Position numbers and translations under genes: made by a program. Positions 62,912 through 64,000 of a DNA stretch of 64,000 nt are shown in pieces (within the stretch, counting starts at the first letter, position 1; each line of letters begins with the position of its first letter). Origin of the DNA: Blastocatellia bacterium (GTDB lineage Bacteria > Acidobacteriota > Blastocatellia > UBA7656); contig CAVXWP010000016.1 of NCBI GenBank assembly GCA_963765495.1, forward strand, positions 320,001 through 384,000, read 5' to 3'. The notes beneath the pieces are model-generated. The model was given only the letters and a program-made list of their open reading frames with translations. It did not search any database and was not told where the DNA came from.

Positions 62912-64000
62912 ATGCAATTTAGTGTAAGCAAGACCGAGTTACTAAAGGAATTAAACCTTCTTCAGGGAGTGGTTGAGAAAAAAAACACCATTCCGATTCT
63001 GTCAAATGTCCTCATCGAGACGACAGGCGAATCCAGAATATCGCTTGTAGCCACAGATCTTGATGTATCACTTCAAACCGAGAGCCCGGCCGATGTAACT
63101 CATCCCGGTGCGGTCGTCTTGCAGGCAAGAAAGTTATTCGACATAGTCCGCAATTTGCCTGATGCAGAGATCAATTTCTTTAAAGAAGATAATGACTGGG
63201 TCAGGATCAACTGTGGGGCATCAGAGTTCAAGATCGTAGGGCAGGCAAAGGAGCACTTTCCGACTACTCCAAATTCGGATCAGGAGGGATCAGAAATCTC
63301 GGCTCAGACCTTACACAACCTGATCAGCCGAACCATTTTTGCGATTACCCAGGAGGAGTCGCGTTATGCGCTGAACGGCTCGCTCTTTCTGTTGAATGAT
63401 GATGGGTTACAACTGGTTTCGACGGATGGACATCGATTGGCGCTGGCGACAACGAAACTCGAAAACTCAGCCAGTGGTGCTCAGACAGAAGAGGTAAAGG
63501 TCATAATTCCCAGAAAGGCTTTGGTGGAGTTGTCAAAATTAACAGCGGGCTCGGAGGAAACGCTGAAATTCAATAAGGATGATAATCATCTTTATTTCAG
63601 GCTCGGACATCGTCAATTAACCTCGCGAATGCTGGCGGGTCAGTTTCCAAACTACGATCTGGTTCTGCCAAAAAATAATGATAAAAAAGTACCTCTTAAC
63701 GCGGAAAGGATTACACAGGCGATAAAGAGAGCGGCGTTGATGGCGGATGAAAGAAGCCACGGGGTGAAACTCGACCTGAGCACAGGCAGATTGAACATAA
63801 CCTCTCAGAGCGCCGATGTTGGCGAAGCAAAAGAGGCAATACCTGTAGATTACGAAGGCGATCAGATGAGCATCGGATTCAATGCCCAGTACCTTTTAGA
63901 TTTTTTGAGTGTGGTGGGAACCGAAGAAGTATTATTCGAGCTGAAGGATGAGCAGAGTCCGGCATTAATAAGACCATCGGGTGAAACTCAATACGATTAC
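62912..64000 (+). CDS. dnaN: DNA polymerase III beta clamp (3'-partial; absent from the ORF track)
   Basis: MQFSVSKTELLKEL..KNTIPILSNVL, ATDLD, SRYALNG, STDGHRL, GQFPNY, IGFNAQYLLD. Confidence 0.97.
   Translation, partial: MQFSVSKTELLKELNLLQGVVEKKNTIPILSNVLIETTGESRISLVATDLDVSLQTESPADVTHPGAVVLQARKLFDIVRNLPDAEINFFKEDNDWVRINCGASEFKIVGQAKEHFPTTPNSDQEGSEISAQTLHNLISRTIFAITQEESRYALNGSLFLLNDDGLQLVSTDGHRLALATTKLENSASGAQTEEVKVIIPRKALVELSKLTAGSEETLKFNKDDNHLYFRLGHRQLTSRMLAGQFPNYDLVLPKNNDKKVPLNAERITQAIKRAALMADERSHGVKLDLSTGRLNITSQSADVGEAKEAIPVDYEGDQMSIGFNAQYLLDFLSVVGTEEVLFELKDEQSPALIRPSGETQYDY

Overview
Bacterial chromosomal window ending at the replication origin (parB-parA-parS ... atpD-atpC-dnaA-oriC-dnaN). 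Gene content and order suggest an Acidobacteriota-like organism; this is inference, not verified. It is mostly housekeeping: recG, atpI-atpB-atpE, class I fumarase, xerC, alr, an intein-bearing dnaB, rplI-rpsR-rpsF-pth-rplY-prs-tRNA-Gln-ispE and mfd, plus secreted peptidases and adhesin-like proteins. The main unexplained signal is a dispersed family of about 15 intergenic palindromes whose arms are tandem 7-mers (mostly containing TGA). Seven copies share a core and point the same way, several supply stop codons, and one supplies the only plausible start codon of alr. Other points: a 7-nt insertion exactly between Lys and Thr of the DnaB Walker A motif; an IS1-family element inserted into a terminator and itself interrupted by a 218-bp MITE; a nuclease-C25 (gingipain/PorU-like) fusion; a D2-only Clp ATPase with an IGF loop behind a sigma54 promoter; and an AT-rich zone around parS/oriC. 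All calls were made by eye with no database searches.
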